Of a stretch of 64,000 bases of DNA, positions 19,403 through 28,264 are shown in pieces; positions within the stretch are counted from its first letter, which is position 1, and each line of letters starts with the position of its first letter. The DNA comes from Candidatus Bathyarchaeia archaeon. GTDB taxonomy: Archaea; Thermoproteota; Bathyarchaeia; 40CM-2-53-6. Both the position numbers and the translations under genes were made by a program. The notes beneath the pieces are model-generated. The model was given only the letters and a program-made list of their open reading frames with translations. It did no database searches and was not told the origin of the DNA. The DNA lies in contig DASYWW010000062.1 of assembly GCA_035935655.1 (NCBI GenBank), positions 270,632-334,631 on the forward strand, read 5' to 3'.

Positions 19403-20065
19403 TCAACCAATCTGATGCTTTCCGCTGACCTCCACCATGTCTCGGGGTTCAGGTCCGGCAACTCTAGTTTTCGTATAGCTTGTCAGCCATTCCTCAAGGG
19501 CCCGTATCTGGACACTCTCTGTTCCGAGCGCTACCAATTCTTCTTTCGTCAGTTTCACAGTTTTGAGAATCAGGTCTTCAATGTGAGACGCATGGACTCT
19601 GGCGAGTGGTTTGGGATAAATCTGCGAGAGATATTCAAAGTCCTCCTGCAAGTGTTCGATGAACAAGATTATGCTACTCGTAAGATGCGTGGTCCTGACA
19701 TCTATCACGTTGTTGTATACGCCCAGGAGCATTTCTAGGTCAGACTGGGCTCCCTTCAATTTCTCGATGTGAAGAGAAATTACATCCTTTGGTAGGCTCC
19801 TTTTTTCTCCAGCAGCGGATGTAATGTCGATCACTAATGTGATGAGAAAGGTGGTGAGAAATCCGACTCCGAGCTTGGATCTCAATCTCTCTTTCGCCAG
19901 CTTCTCTACCGGTTCGAGCTTCTTCCTGTCATGCCTAGCTACTACCCGGTCAACTATTAGGTAGGTTACAGGAATTGTTACTGCGAGTCCGATAAGTGCT
20001 GAGATCAGACTAAGGTCGATATCGTCAAGAGTTATCGCCAACGGCTGAACAATAAATCCAAGCAT
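19403..20065 (-). CDS. hypothetical membrane-anchored helical protein
   Basis: 220 aa with two N-terminal TM helices and a helical soluble domain. It lies 16 nt upstream of the Rieske gene. Confidence 0.5.
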   Translation of the reverse strand: MLGFIVQPLAITLDDIDLSLISALIGLAVTIPVTYLIVDRVVARHDRKKLEPVEKLAKERLRSKLGVGFLTTFLITLVIDITSAAGEKRSLPKDVISLHIEKLKGAQSDLEMLLGVYNNVIDVRTTHLTSSIILFIEHLQEDFEYLSQIYPKPLARVHASHIEDLILKTVKLTKEELVALGTESVQIRALEEWLTSYTKTRVAGPEPRDMVEVSGKHQIG

Positions 20066-20169
20066 CGCTAAGAGAGGCGTTTCCTAGGACTCATTTGTCC
20101 TAACTCTGTTTCTTCGCCCTCGTTGCTAGCAGGTGACATTGCGAGTCGCCATCATGTTCATAGATCACA

Positions 20170-21900
20170 TCAGCTCCGCACTAGAACATCGTGTAGCTCT
20201 CTTGCATAGGGCTCTATTGTTCTCGGTCCGAAGTCAAATGGCAAATCGGCAGCTTTGAACAATTCGGGCAGGGGTTTCGACCCGCCTAAGGCGAGAGCTC
20301 TCTGGTAGGCTGAGATGGCGGCTTTTGGGTCTTTGCGGTATCGCGTCCAAATACCAAGCGCGCCCATGAACGCAATTCCATACTCGATGTAATAGAACGG
20401 AACCTCGAAGAGGTGTAGTTGGCGTTGCCACTGAGATCGAAGGAATTTCTCATATCCAGCCCAGCTTTCTGCCCCGCCAAATCTTTTCCTTATCTTGACC
20501 CATTGTTCCTCTCGTTCTTCGCGCGTGTGTCTCGGATTAGTGTATATCCAGTGCTGGAAGGAGTCGATAGTGGCGATCCAGGCAAGTAGTTTGATGATCG
20601 ATGCTAGGTGTTCTCTTTTGGAGCGAGCTGCGTCTTCTTTGGTGTAGAATGTTCCTTCGAGGTGTTCTCCTCCGATGATCTCCATTGCTTGCGATGCCAC
20701 TTCTGCAATTTCTAGTGGTACGTTCTCGCTTCTGTACTGGTAGGGGAATCCTTTGTCTCGAATCGCGAAGACGTGAAATGCGTGCCCTGATTCGTGTAGT
20801 AGTGTCCAAACATCCCCGTCGCGTCCCACAGAGTTCATGAATACGAAGGGGAGTCGGACTTCTGGAAGTTCCATGTTGTATCCGCCTGGCGCTTTTCCTT
20901 TCCTGCTGTCAAGATCTAGGAGATTCAGGCTTGTCATCCTTCTGAGTTTGGCGGCGAACTCGGGGTTGACCTTGTCAAACACCTTGATGCATCCCTGAAT
21001 TAGTTCGGATGAGGTTTTGAAGGGGCGAAGTGCGGGGCGTCCTTTGGGGTCGACCGCGAGGTCCCAGGGGCGTAGCGTTTGGACTTTCAATCCTTGACTT
21101 CGTTCTTCGTCAAGTTTGTGAATTAGCGGGACGATGTGTTCTTCCACGGCCTTATGGTAGCGGAGGCAGTCCTCCGGCGTGTAATCGAATCGTTCCTTCT
21201 TTCGAAAGATGTAGTCTCGGTAGTTGTCAAAGCCTGCGTTTTTCGCGATTTTTTGGCGCAGGGCAATTAGCTGGTCATAGATCTGGTTTAGGGCGGCTTT
21301 GTCTTGTTGTCTGCGAGACTCGGCGAGAAGCCATGTTTTCTCTCGCACGCTGCGGTCGGGTTCTTCCAAGAATCGGCCCATTTGTTGCATTGTCCTCTCT
21401 TGGCCATCGTAGAGGACGGTCATCGCTCCGGTGGTTTTCTGAAACGTTTGAGCGAGCTTTGTCTCTTCTTTTTCGAGTTCTACATTTTCTTGTCGGAAGA
21501 GAGCGACATTGTTCTCCCTCTTCCTGTCGAGGACAAAGTATTGTTCGTCTGGAAGGCTTTTCCGAGCTGAAGTGTCGAGATATTTGCGGTCTAGCTGGGA
21601 GAATCCTATTTTGCCCGCGGGTTCGACGTTTTCTATAAAGAGTAGGTAGTCTTTCTCGCGGGCGGGGTCATCGGTTTGACACGTCATTCTGGCGTATCGA
21701 ATGGATTGCTCTTCTGCTAGGGCCGATGCAAGTTCGGACTCGTCTTTGAGCCATTTCTCAAGATCTGATGAGGAATGGATCGTGCGGTTCTGCAGATCGG
21801 CAAATATTTCGTTTAGTTTGCTGAGGTCTGTGAGGTCTATTTTTGAGGGAAGAAACTGGCGAGGGTATTCACGGGGAAGGTGGGGGTAATCGAAGGACAA
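20170..21900 (-). CDS. pepF: M3B oligoendopeptidase F family metallopeptidase
   Basis: HESGHAFH zinc motif in the M3 context; 576 aa. Confidence 0.85.
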   Translation of the reverse strand: MSFDYPHLPREYPRQFLPSKIDLTDLSKLNEIFADLQNRTIHSSSDLEKWLKDESELASALAEEQSIRYARMTCQTDDPAREKDYLLFIENVEPAGKIGFSQLDRKYLDTSARKSLPDEQYFVLDRKRENNVALFRQENVELEKEETKLAQTFQKTTGAMTVLYDGQERTMQQMGRFLEEPDRSVREKTWLLAESRRQQDKAALNQIYDQLIALRQKIAKNAGFDNYRDYIFRKKERFDYTPEDCLRYHKAVEEHIVPLIHKLDEERSQGLKVQTLRPWDLAVDPKGRPALRPFKTSSELIQGCIKVFDKVNPEFAAKLRRMTSLNLLDLDSRKGKAPGGYNMELPEVRLPFVFMNSVGRDGDVWTLLHESGHAFHVFAIRDKGFPYQYRSENVPLEIAEVASQAMEIIGGEHLEGTFYTKEDAARSKREHLASIIKLLAWIATIDSFQHWIYTNPRHTREEREEQWVKIRKRFGGAESWAGYEKFLRSQWQRQLHLFEVPFYYIEYGIAFMGALGIWTRYRKDPKAAISAYQRALALGGSKPLPELFKAADLPFDFGPRTIEPYARELHDVLVRS

Positions 21901-22057
21901 GTTTCTCTCCGGTCCAAAGTCTGTGATACTAGCCTAGGTTATCACAGTTTGTCTCATTCACCTTGCCGTCCCCGGAGAAATTGTCCCAGCGAACATCTTT
22001 TGATAGCAACCAACTTAAACCCCTAGAAAATGCTACAGTAAAAAGAGTGGATTCTCT

Positions 22058-22381
22058 ATGATAGTGAAGCATCTTTCCGAAATTGTTCCAGAGAGGGTGG
22101 GCGACTTCAGACGATGGTATCTATCAAAGGCAGAGCAGGGTCATCAGCTCGCAATGCGCTATGTCGAACTCACTGGAATCGTTACTCCTCATACTCATGA
22201 TGTTGAAGAGACAATCTTCTACATCGAGGGCAGAGGTTCGGCACGGGTCGGGGAGAAGGAGGTCAAGGTCAAGCCAGGAACAATGATAGTGATACCACCC
22301 GGGACAGTTCACAGCTCCATCCGAGAAGGGTTCGAACCCCTGCGCTATCTAGCCATTTTTGTAGGAAATCCAGACCTCTAG
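22058..22381 (+). CDS. cupin domain protein
   Basis: ..PHTHDVEETIFYIEGRG.. and ..IPPGTVHS.. cupin motifs. Confidence 0.75.
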   Translation: MIVKHLSEIVPERVGDFRRWYLSKAEQGHQLAMRYVELTGIVTPHTHDVEETIFYIEGRGSARVGEKEVKVKPGTMIVIPPGTVHSSIREGFEPLRYLAIFVGNPDL

Positions 22382-22394
22382 GTTTCAAGAGCCA

Positions 22395-23102
22395 TTGAGA
22401 CCCTTGAGAGCGCCAGAAGGTCAGCTCAAGATTGAGCAATCAAAGATTCTGACACCAAAGGGCGATCATCTGGGAATCGTATATGCTTCGTCTCCGAGCT
22501 TGGGAGAGGGTCAGACCTGCCTGATTATCGCCCACGGCGCAGGTGGACCGATGTACTCTCCGTTCATCACATTTTTCCACAAAGCGCTCGCCGAGAAGGG
22601 CTACCTGAGTGTGAAATTCAACTTTTCATACATGGAAGCCCGTCGAAAAATCCCCGACAAGAGGGACGTTCTAGAATCGAACTATCGGCAAGTGATAGAG
22701 CAGGCTAAGGCAAGCAAGTACCGCCCAAAGCGTATTTTCGTGGGAGGCAAGTCGATGGGAGGTCGCATTGCCTCGCAAGTTGTCGCCTCAGGGATGGATG
22801 TTGATGGGTTGTTCTTTCTAGGTTATCCCTTGCACCGACCTGGTCAACCGGAATTGCTCAGGGACGAGCACTTGTATCAGATCGAGAGGCCGATGCTCTT
22901 CATTTCCGGAACCAAGGACCAGTTTGCGAAGAGAGAATTGCTCGACCGAGTAGTATCGAGGCTGGGCGACAGGGCGGAGATTCATTGGATAGAAGGTGGT
23001 GACCACAGCTTCAACACGGCTAATGGAGAGGAGGCTCTTGTCGAAACCTACGACGAAGCGTTGGAGACCGTTGACACGTGGGTGAAGACCCGTGGCATCT
23101 AA
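22395..23102 (+). CDS. alpha/beta hydrolase (KANL3/Tex30-like, COG3571-type)
   Basis: ..AHGAGGPM.., nucleophile elbow GGKSMGG, ..GGDHSF. Paralog of 36471..37187. Confidence 0.7.
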   Translation: MRPLRAPEGQLKIEQSKILTPKGDHLGIVYASSPSLGEGQTCLIIAHGAGGPMYSPFITFFHKALAEKGYLSVKFNFSYMEARRKIPDKRDVLESNYRQVIEQAKASKYRPKRIFVGGKSMGGRIASQVVASGMDVDGLFFLGYPLHRPGQPELLRDEHLYQIERPMLFISGTKDQFAKRELLDRVVSRLGDRAEIHWIEGGDHSFNTANGEEALVETYDEALETVDTWVKTRGI

Positions 23103-23330
23103 GCGTTTGGTGGGTTGAATGTAGTGTTTAAATCGGCGAACATCTCGATCCTGAGCAGCCATGTGCGATACGTGTGGCTGTTCTTCCGAGCAGGAAGATA
23201 AGAGCGGCGAGGAAGCCTAGCCCTACGCCTGCCGGGGCGTAAGTTTCCCAAATATCCATAGAAGGGGCTCCGCAGAAGCCTTTTCCATTTTTCGTCCCGT
23301 CTCAGACGGGTCTCTAGTCTTGAGGCTGTT

Positions 23331-23714
23331 CTAGAAGATCTTTGGGAACCCGAAGAGGGCGCCTAGCGCCAGTGCTCCCAGGATGAACGTGAGGACGACT
23401 CCTACGATTACAGCCATTATGGCGACGCCGATTGCTCCGATCCAGCCTGTCTTGAAGTAGTGTTTCACGAGCAATAGGAAGATCAGAACCCCGAGCAGGA
23501 CACCGATCAGGCCTAGAAAGGTAATCGAAGCTCCGACTAGGAAGGTTCCTGTGCCGGCGACGGCTAGTGCCTCTCCAAAGGTGACTCTTTTGCCGACGAC
23601 AATTTCCCCGGCTAGCCAGAGTACGAAGCCGATGATGAGGAGGTAGATGATGAATAGGACAATGAATCCGAGGAGGGTTGTGCCTATCCCGAGGCTCGGG
23701 ATTGCGTAAGCCAT
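23331..23714 (-). CDS. hypothetical small membrane protein (4 TM)
   Basis: 127-aa ORF that is almost entirely hydrophobic. Confidence 0.55.
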   Translation of the reverse strand: MAYAIPSLGIGTTLLGFIVLFIIYLLIIGFVLWLAGEIVVGKRVTFGEALAVAGTGTFLVGASITFLGLIGVLLGVLIFLLLVKHYFKTGWIGAIGVAIMAVIVGVVLTFILGALALGALFGFPKIF

Positions 23715-23855
23715 AGCCCGTTACTTGTCTGACAATATCATGTTGTTCCGAGTTATCCTTATTGCAACTCCGCAGCGCGTCTTGTAGTAATCCGCGATTG
23801 TCCTTTCGTTTCTTTTGGGAAGGTTTAAGCTTGCCAGCTTTTCCGGGGTAGCTTT

Positions 23856-24033
23856 GCCCAGGAGATGTATGCCGGGCTCGCGCCCCATTCCTGGAATACG
23901 GGAGTGCGTTGAGGTAGTATAGCCCGGTCCGCGGCTTGCGGGAGCCGGCCGAGAGTATGCACGGCTGTCACCCGTGCGACACTCGAGCATATCCTCGAGC
24001 GTGTTGCGGGTTCGAATCCCGCCCTGGGCGCCA
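23856..24033 (+). tRNA. tRNA-Asp(GUC) with three insertions; CCA encoded
   Basis: Acceptor GCCCAGG/CCTGGGC plus G73-CCA. TA-GTAT-AGCCCGGTC.. D arm. Anticodon arm CACGG-CTGTCAC-CCGTG. T arm GCGGG-TTCGAAT-CCCGC. Total 178 nt, so ~100 nt is extra: 52 nt between the acceptor 5' strand and position 8, ~24 nt in the D loop, and ~24 nt in the variable region (CTCGAG-CATATC-CTCGAG hairpin). Confidence 0.7.
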
Positions 24034-24309
24034 AACCGTCAAGGAGTACGCGGATTACGCCGAGCCGCACGACGTGGACTGATCTCCGACTCCGACAAAA
24101 GATGATGCGAAGCTGTCCAGTAACCGCCCAATTCTCCATTCACGAGAAAAATGAATCACACAAAAGACGGAAAAACAGATAAATCGAAAACCCCTCTTTC
24201 GAGATCACATTTCTGAATTCAGTATCTTGGGGATCATTTCTTGAAGTACGGTCCTATGAAAAACAGGTTGTTCAGAACCTAGCAACAGGGGAAATTTTCT
24301 CAACCCACC

Positions 24310-24789
24310 ATGGGGCCTAGTCAAATGTCGCGCCGCGCACTCCACGAAACACGGGTCCGAATACAGGGGCCACCAAGCCTTAACACAGGCGACCCACATA
24401 TCCCAACGAGAACCATCTTGGTGTCCATAATCCACTCACCACCCCAAGAGATCGTCGTCACCGGGCTCACCAGCTTCACCAGCCAAGCCAACCTCGCCTC
24501 CATGGTTGCCTTCGTCATGAATGTCTCCGGCCAACCACTCGCCCTCTACTGGGCCGAGGGCGTAGTCTTTCTCGCGGACTTCGTTGAACCTGAAGCCCTC
24601 CCCGAAGAGTACGTCAAGGGCCGAATCTACGCCTCCAACATATCCCACGCGCCCATGACAAAATACAACAATTTCGTCCGCGTCGGAAACATCGAAGTCC
24701 CAGTCATCGACGTAACCTCCAATATCGGCCTTCGCGATCTCGCACGGTGGATAAGAGAAAATCACCATCAGGATCCCGAGAAATCTTAA
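24310..24789 (+). CDS. hypothetical protein (coding status uncertain)
   Basis: 159-aa ORF between two tRNA genes with an equally long antisense ORF and no recognisable motif. Confidence 0.3.
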   Translation: MGPSQMSRRALHETRVRIQGPPSLNTGDPHIPTRTILVSIIHSPPQEIVVTGLTSFTSQANLASMVAFVMNVSGQPLALYWAEGVVFLADFVEPEALPEEYVKGRIYASNISHAPMTKYNNFVRVGNIEVPVIDVTSNIGLRDLARWIRENHHQDPEKS

Positions 24790-24819
24790 CTAGACGCGAA
24801 CCTCGCGTCTTGTCCGTGT

Positions 24820-25032
24820 CCCGGGGTAGCTCAGCCTGGAAGAGCTTCCGAGCCGCCCTCTGAACAAGTGGGCGACGAAGACGCTGTAGGTGTGCGCCCA
24901 GTGCGCGGCCACGTCAGCCTTACCAGGCTAACAGTAGACACCGGAGTGTCGCCGGAGAACCCCTAAAACCGGTTCGGCGAATTCAAAATAGAGGCCAAAC
25001 GGCCTCTAATGAGACTCCGGTCCCCGGGACCA
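24820..25032 (+). tRNA. tRNA-Tyr(GUA), C1-G72, with three to four insertions; CCA encoded
   Basis: CCCGGGG-TA-GCTC-AGCCTGGAA-GAGC-T-TCCG[32 nt]G-CTGTAGG-[50 nt]CCGGA-GTGTC-GCCGG[26 nt]TTCAAA[28 nt]T-CCGGT-CCCCGGG-A-CCA. Total 213 nt, which is 77 nt plus 136 nt. C1-G72 is the archaeal/eukaryal Tyr identity pair. An alternative parse gives three insertions. Confidence 0.65.
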
Positions 25033-25056
25033 GTCTCTCGTAAAGGATAGCGAATT

Positions 25057-25440
25057 CTACTTCGACTTTACCGCAGGAGTTCGGCTCTCAAGCTCTCTCA
25101 GAATCAGCTCATTCTGCTTCATTATGATCTTATTCTGATCTGTGAGAATCCGCAGTGCACTGGCAATCAGCGAGAGAGAAGGATTGTCCCATTTGAACTC
25201 GTTCTCCTTCGCCGCAAGTGCTTGCTTGCCCTTGATGATTGAGCCGCGCAGGTTCTCGTCGCTCTCGTCATCAGCGAACGCCGCACGGTTCTTTCGATCC
25301 ATCTTGTCCGAGATGCTGGCAGCGGCATGTTCTCGTTTGACGTCCGGGTAGCAATCCTCGCAGAACCTCAGCCCTTTGAGCTCCAGGAGGGGGTCGATGA
25401 GGCTCAATGTCTTACCGCATCTGGAACAGAAATCTGCCAT
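25057..25440 (-). CDS. hypothetical zinc-ribbon protein with coiled-coil tail
   Basis: N-terminal CSRCG..17..CEDC motif; 127 aa. Confidence 0.5.
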   Translation of the reverse strand: MADFCSRCGKTLSLIDPLLELKGLRFCEDCYPDVKREHAAASISDKMDRKNRAAFADDESDENLRGSIIKGKQALAAKENEFKWDNPSLSLIASALRILTDQNKIIMKQNELILRELESRTPAVKSK

Positions 25441-25567
25441 CTTATTGGGTCAGCTCTAATTGGCACATGCCGTTCCAGCGCTATTAAAGAGTCATGTAAC
25501 CAGTCCAGGCTACATTCCTCTAATGACGATTCACTGAAGGGTCGAATCAGGGTCTAAGTCACTAGTT

Positions 25568-25984
25568 TCAACTACCGAGTCCCCATCCAGCTTTGAAGGT
25601 CGGGTTGATCCTGACGAAGGGCGCCTCGCCTTCTTTCCAAGGATCGCGCTTCACCCAGTCTAGCTTTCCATGGAAGATTTTGTAGAGTTTCTTGTATTCA
25701 TCTCCTTTTTCGATTATCGAGACAGGCCCACTGACCAGGAGCAGCTTCTGGGTCCCGGTTGTGTCCACTAGAATAGCCGCGTGAGGGTTCTCGCGTAGGT
25801 TCTTGAGCTTTCTTGTCTTATAGTCGGTCACGATGTAAGGGAAACCATTGTGAAACACGTAGGAGACAGGTACAACGTGAGGCTCGCCCTTCTTCGAAGC
25901 CGTTGCGAACCTGCACAACTCGTTCTGTTCTAGAAACTGAATCTCCTTTTCCGAGAACTTGACTTTCGAAACCGCGTCCTTCAA
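25568..25984 (-). CDS. pyridoxamine 5'-phosphate oxidase-family (FMN/F420-binding split-barrel) protein
   Basis: ..LCRFATASKKGEPHVVPVSYVF.. and ..NLRENPHAAILVD.. are typical of PNPOx-like proteins. TTG start. Confidence 0.75.
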   Translation of the reverse strand: MKDAVSKVKFSEKEIQFLEQNELCRFATASKKGEPHVVPVSYVFHNGFPYIVTDYKTRKLKNLRENPHAAILVDTTGTQKLLLVSGPVSIIEKGDEYKKLYKIFHGKLDWVKRDPWKEGEAPFVRINPTFKAGWGLGS

Positions 25985-26211
25985 TCTTGAACGGTCCCTT
26001 TTGAGTCCACGTGGGATTTCAAGCTATGTGCTAGGGACTCTCTCGTGACCTTATTTCTTCGAGGGCGAGGATGGCCGCGAGCTATGAAAGGAAATTAGCT
26101 CAATAATCTAACAAGCCCTGTCCTGAACTTTGAGTGGGAATAAGCAGGGTCGTCCGATCGCCTTAATAGAAGCCAGCGTTGATCGCGAGTCATTACCGTT
26201 CGTGACGCGAT

Positions 26212-27861
26212 TTGCGGCATCTCTCTGCCGTCATTCTCATTTCGCTACTGCTCCCGGGCATGCACGCCTTGCTGCCGCCCTCTTTCGGAGCCAAACCAGG
26301 GCTTGCAGGGGAAATTCTTCATCCGATAATTTATTGGCCTGCTAGCCTCTCAAACCCAGGGTCTCCACCGTTCGTGCCTTCTGACGTTCGGAAGGCCTAC
26401 AATTTTCTCCCGCTTTACTCGAGGGGAATAATGGGGAATGGGACTAGAATTGCCATTATCGACGCTTACGGCGATCCAAGTTTGTCAGCTGATCTGTCAA
26501 GTTTCAGCTCATTAACGGGACTTTCTTCTGTTGTACTGAACACCTTCTATCCAGATGGTCGTCCGACGAGAACGAACTCGGGTTGGGCTCTCGAAACAGC
26601 GCTTGACGTAGAATGGGTGCACTCCATCGCTCCATCGGCTACAATCGATCTTGTGGTCGCTTTCGATCCTAGCCTTGGTCATATGTTCGATGGGATCGCT
26701 TACGTCGCAAACTCGTTGCCGAAAGAGACTGCCTTATCTATGAGCTTCGGACTGCCTGAATCGTCTTACCCGACGACAGGTTCGTTCACGATCGCATCAA
26801 CACATCAATTGTTAGTTACAATAAGCTCCCATGGGACGACTTCGTTCGCTAGTTCAGGAGACTCTGGAGCCACTTCATGTTGTAACCCTGAGTATCCATC
26901 CTCAGACCCGCTAGTAGTTGCGGTTGGGGGAACTAGCCTGACACTCAACCCCGACGGATCTTATGGAAGCGAGACGGCATGGAGCGGCAGCGGTGCAGGG
27001 TCCAGTAGCATGTTCCCTAAGCCTACTTGGCAGCAGGGTCTAGGAGATTCTGCAAGGGACACCGCAGACGTGTCCTACAATGGGGACCCAAGCACTGGGT
27101 TCCTCGTGGTTCAGGGGGGCGTGCGGTATCAGGTTGGCGGAACTAGCGCTGGTTCGCCTCAATGGGCTGCTCTAGTGGACCTCGCGAGCCAGGCATACTC
27201 TCAGACATATGGTTCAATTGGTGCGAAGCTGTACAAGCTGTCATCTTACCAGGATATCACCTCTGGATCCAACGGTTTCTTCGCCGCCGGAACAGGTTGG
27301 GATTACCCGACCGGTCTTGGAACCCCAGACGCCAATGCGACTGTGTATGCCTTGTCGCCCACGATTCATGTCCCCTTGAGCAACAGCACCCGCTTTCAAG
27401 GAAACAACATTATCATAACCGGTAGCTTGGCTGTCACTCCTGGGAACAATACCTTCTCCGGATACGCCACTGTCAATGCTGCGAACAAAACCACTGGGGT
27501 CGTCGTATTCAACAAGACGTACACCATACCGTCGACCAAGCTCGATACTCCCGCACCTGGGGTTCAGAGTTCGATTTTTCTCCTGAACGTAGTCGTAAAA
27601 CCCTACAACCTCTCATCAATCGCATATCTTCTATTGAGGGGAGTCACGGCCACAGTGTCCTTTGGTGTGACTCGACAGGTTGACATTCACTATACCGGAT
27701 TCGTGAGTATTATCGATGCGTCTGCTTTAGCCCTGGCCTTCGGGTCAAAGTCTGCGAGCGTTAACTACAACCCACTGGCGGACCTGGACGCCAACGGAAT
27801 CGTGGACATAGTTGACGCATCAATCCTCGCCCTAAACTTTGGCGCTCCAGACTACTTCTAA
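26212..27861 (+). CDS. secreted S53 (sedolisin/kumamolisin-like) serine peptidase with C-terminal dockerin-like repeat
   Basis: Signal peptide; pro-kumamolisin-like ..VRKAYNF..GNGTRIAIIDAYGDP..; active-site Ser motif GGTSAGSPQWAAL; C-terminal DLDANGIVDIVDASILALNFG (DxDxNGxVDxxD). Confidence 0.8.
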   Translation: MRHLSAVILISLLLPGMHALLPPSFGAKPGLAGEILHPIIYWPASLSNPGSPPFVPSDVRKAYNFLPLYSRGIMGNGTRIAIIDAYGDPSLSADLSSFSSLTGLSSVVLNTFYPDGRPTRTNSGWALETALDVEWVHSIAPSATIDLVVAFDPSLGHMFDGIAYVANSLPKETALSMSFGLPESSYPTTGSFTIASTHQLLVTISSHGTTSFASSGDSGATSCCNPEYPSSDPLVVAVGGTSLTLNPDGSYGSETAWSGSGAGSSSMFPKPTWQQGLGDSARDTADVSYNGDPSTGFLVVQGGVRYQVGGTSAGSPQWAALVDLASQAYSQTYGSIGAKLYKLSSYQDITSGSNGFFAAGTGWDYPTGLGTPDANATVYALSPTIHVPLSNSTRFQGNNIIITGSLAVTPGNNTFSGYATVNAANKTTGVVVFNKTYTIPSTKLDTPAPGVQSSIFLLNVVVKPYNLSSIAYLLLRGVTATVSFGVTRQVDIHYTGFVSIIDASALALAFGSKSASVNYNPLADLDANGIVDIVDASILALNFGAPDYF

Positions 27862-27983
27862 TCCAAAATCTGATCTTGCATTGCGCAGCTTCTCCCGGCC
27901 TTTGATAGAGGAAGCCTGTGAAAGCCGGGAGCAGTTACAGTTTCAACCTCTCGGTTTGCCTCTGACTGTCATTGGACGCTATG

Positions 27984-28074
27984 CGGGCCCGCGGGGATTC
28001 GAACCCCGGACCTACAGCTCAACCCGCTCATAGCTTAGGGGGCTGCCGCTCTGTCCAGACTGAGCTACGGGCCC
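27984..28074 (-). tRNA. tRNA-Arg(CCU) with canonical 16-nt intron; position 33 is C
   Basis: GGGCCCG-TA-GCTC-AGTCTGGACA-GAGC-G-GCAGC-CCCCTA[AGCTATGAGCGGGTTG]A-GCTGT-AGGTC-CGGGG-TTCGAAT-CCCCG-CGGGCCC-G. A bulge-helix-bulge motif is visible, with bulges TAA and TGA and a central (C)CCC/GGG(T) helix. Confidence 0.7.
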
Positions 28075-28264
28075 AAAGATGGCTGGCTCAAAAGGAGCCT
28101 AGTTAATTGTTCCTAAAGAGGGAACGCTGAGACCGGGTTGTGGTTTCCTGCAACACGCTGATACCGGCTAGAATCCTCGAATCGCTCATTTCCAAAAGGC
28201 GTAAAAGATTATTTCTAGATCAAGATAGCCATCAGTCAACACCGTCAACGCTCACACAGGAGTG

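Noticed and set aside
21030-21638. 202-aa ORF antisense to the M3B peptidase gene. Similar long antisense ORFs occur at 31209..31742, 39948..40442, 4116..4412, 8857..9288 and 56958..57380.
   Set aside because: They lie entirely inside well-supported genes on the other strand and are Arg/Ser/Pro-rich shadow frames, as expected at this GC content.
23161-23220. 19-codon Cys-rich micro-ORF MCDTCGCSSEQEDKSGEEA downstream of the alpha/beta hydrolase gene.
   Set aside because: It is too short to support from sequence alone and has no recognisable promoter spacing or partner genes. It is noted only as a possible metal-binding or RiPP-like peptide.
23285-23315. Hairpin CCCGTCT-ca-GACGGG preceded by a T-rich run, between convergent genes.
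   Set aside because: It could be a terminator. Archaeal termination relies mainly on oligo-T tracts, and I cannot assign a strand or function with confidence.
23721-24139. ORFs 23721..23990 and 23825..24139 (-).
   Set aside because: They overlap the intron-rich tRNA-Asp gene. The tRNA structure explains the sequence better than these ORFs do.
27022-27030. CCTACTTGG inside the S53 peptidase CDS, matching the core of the putative operator motif.
   Set aside because: It is a short intragenic match without the second box, and is most likely chance.
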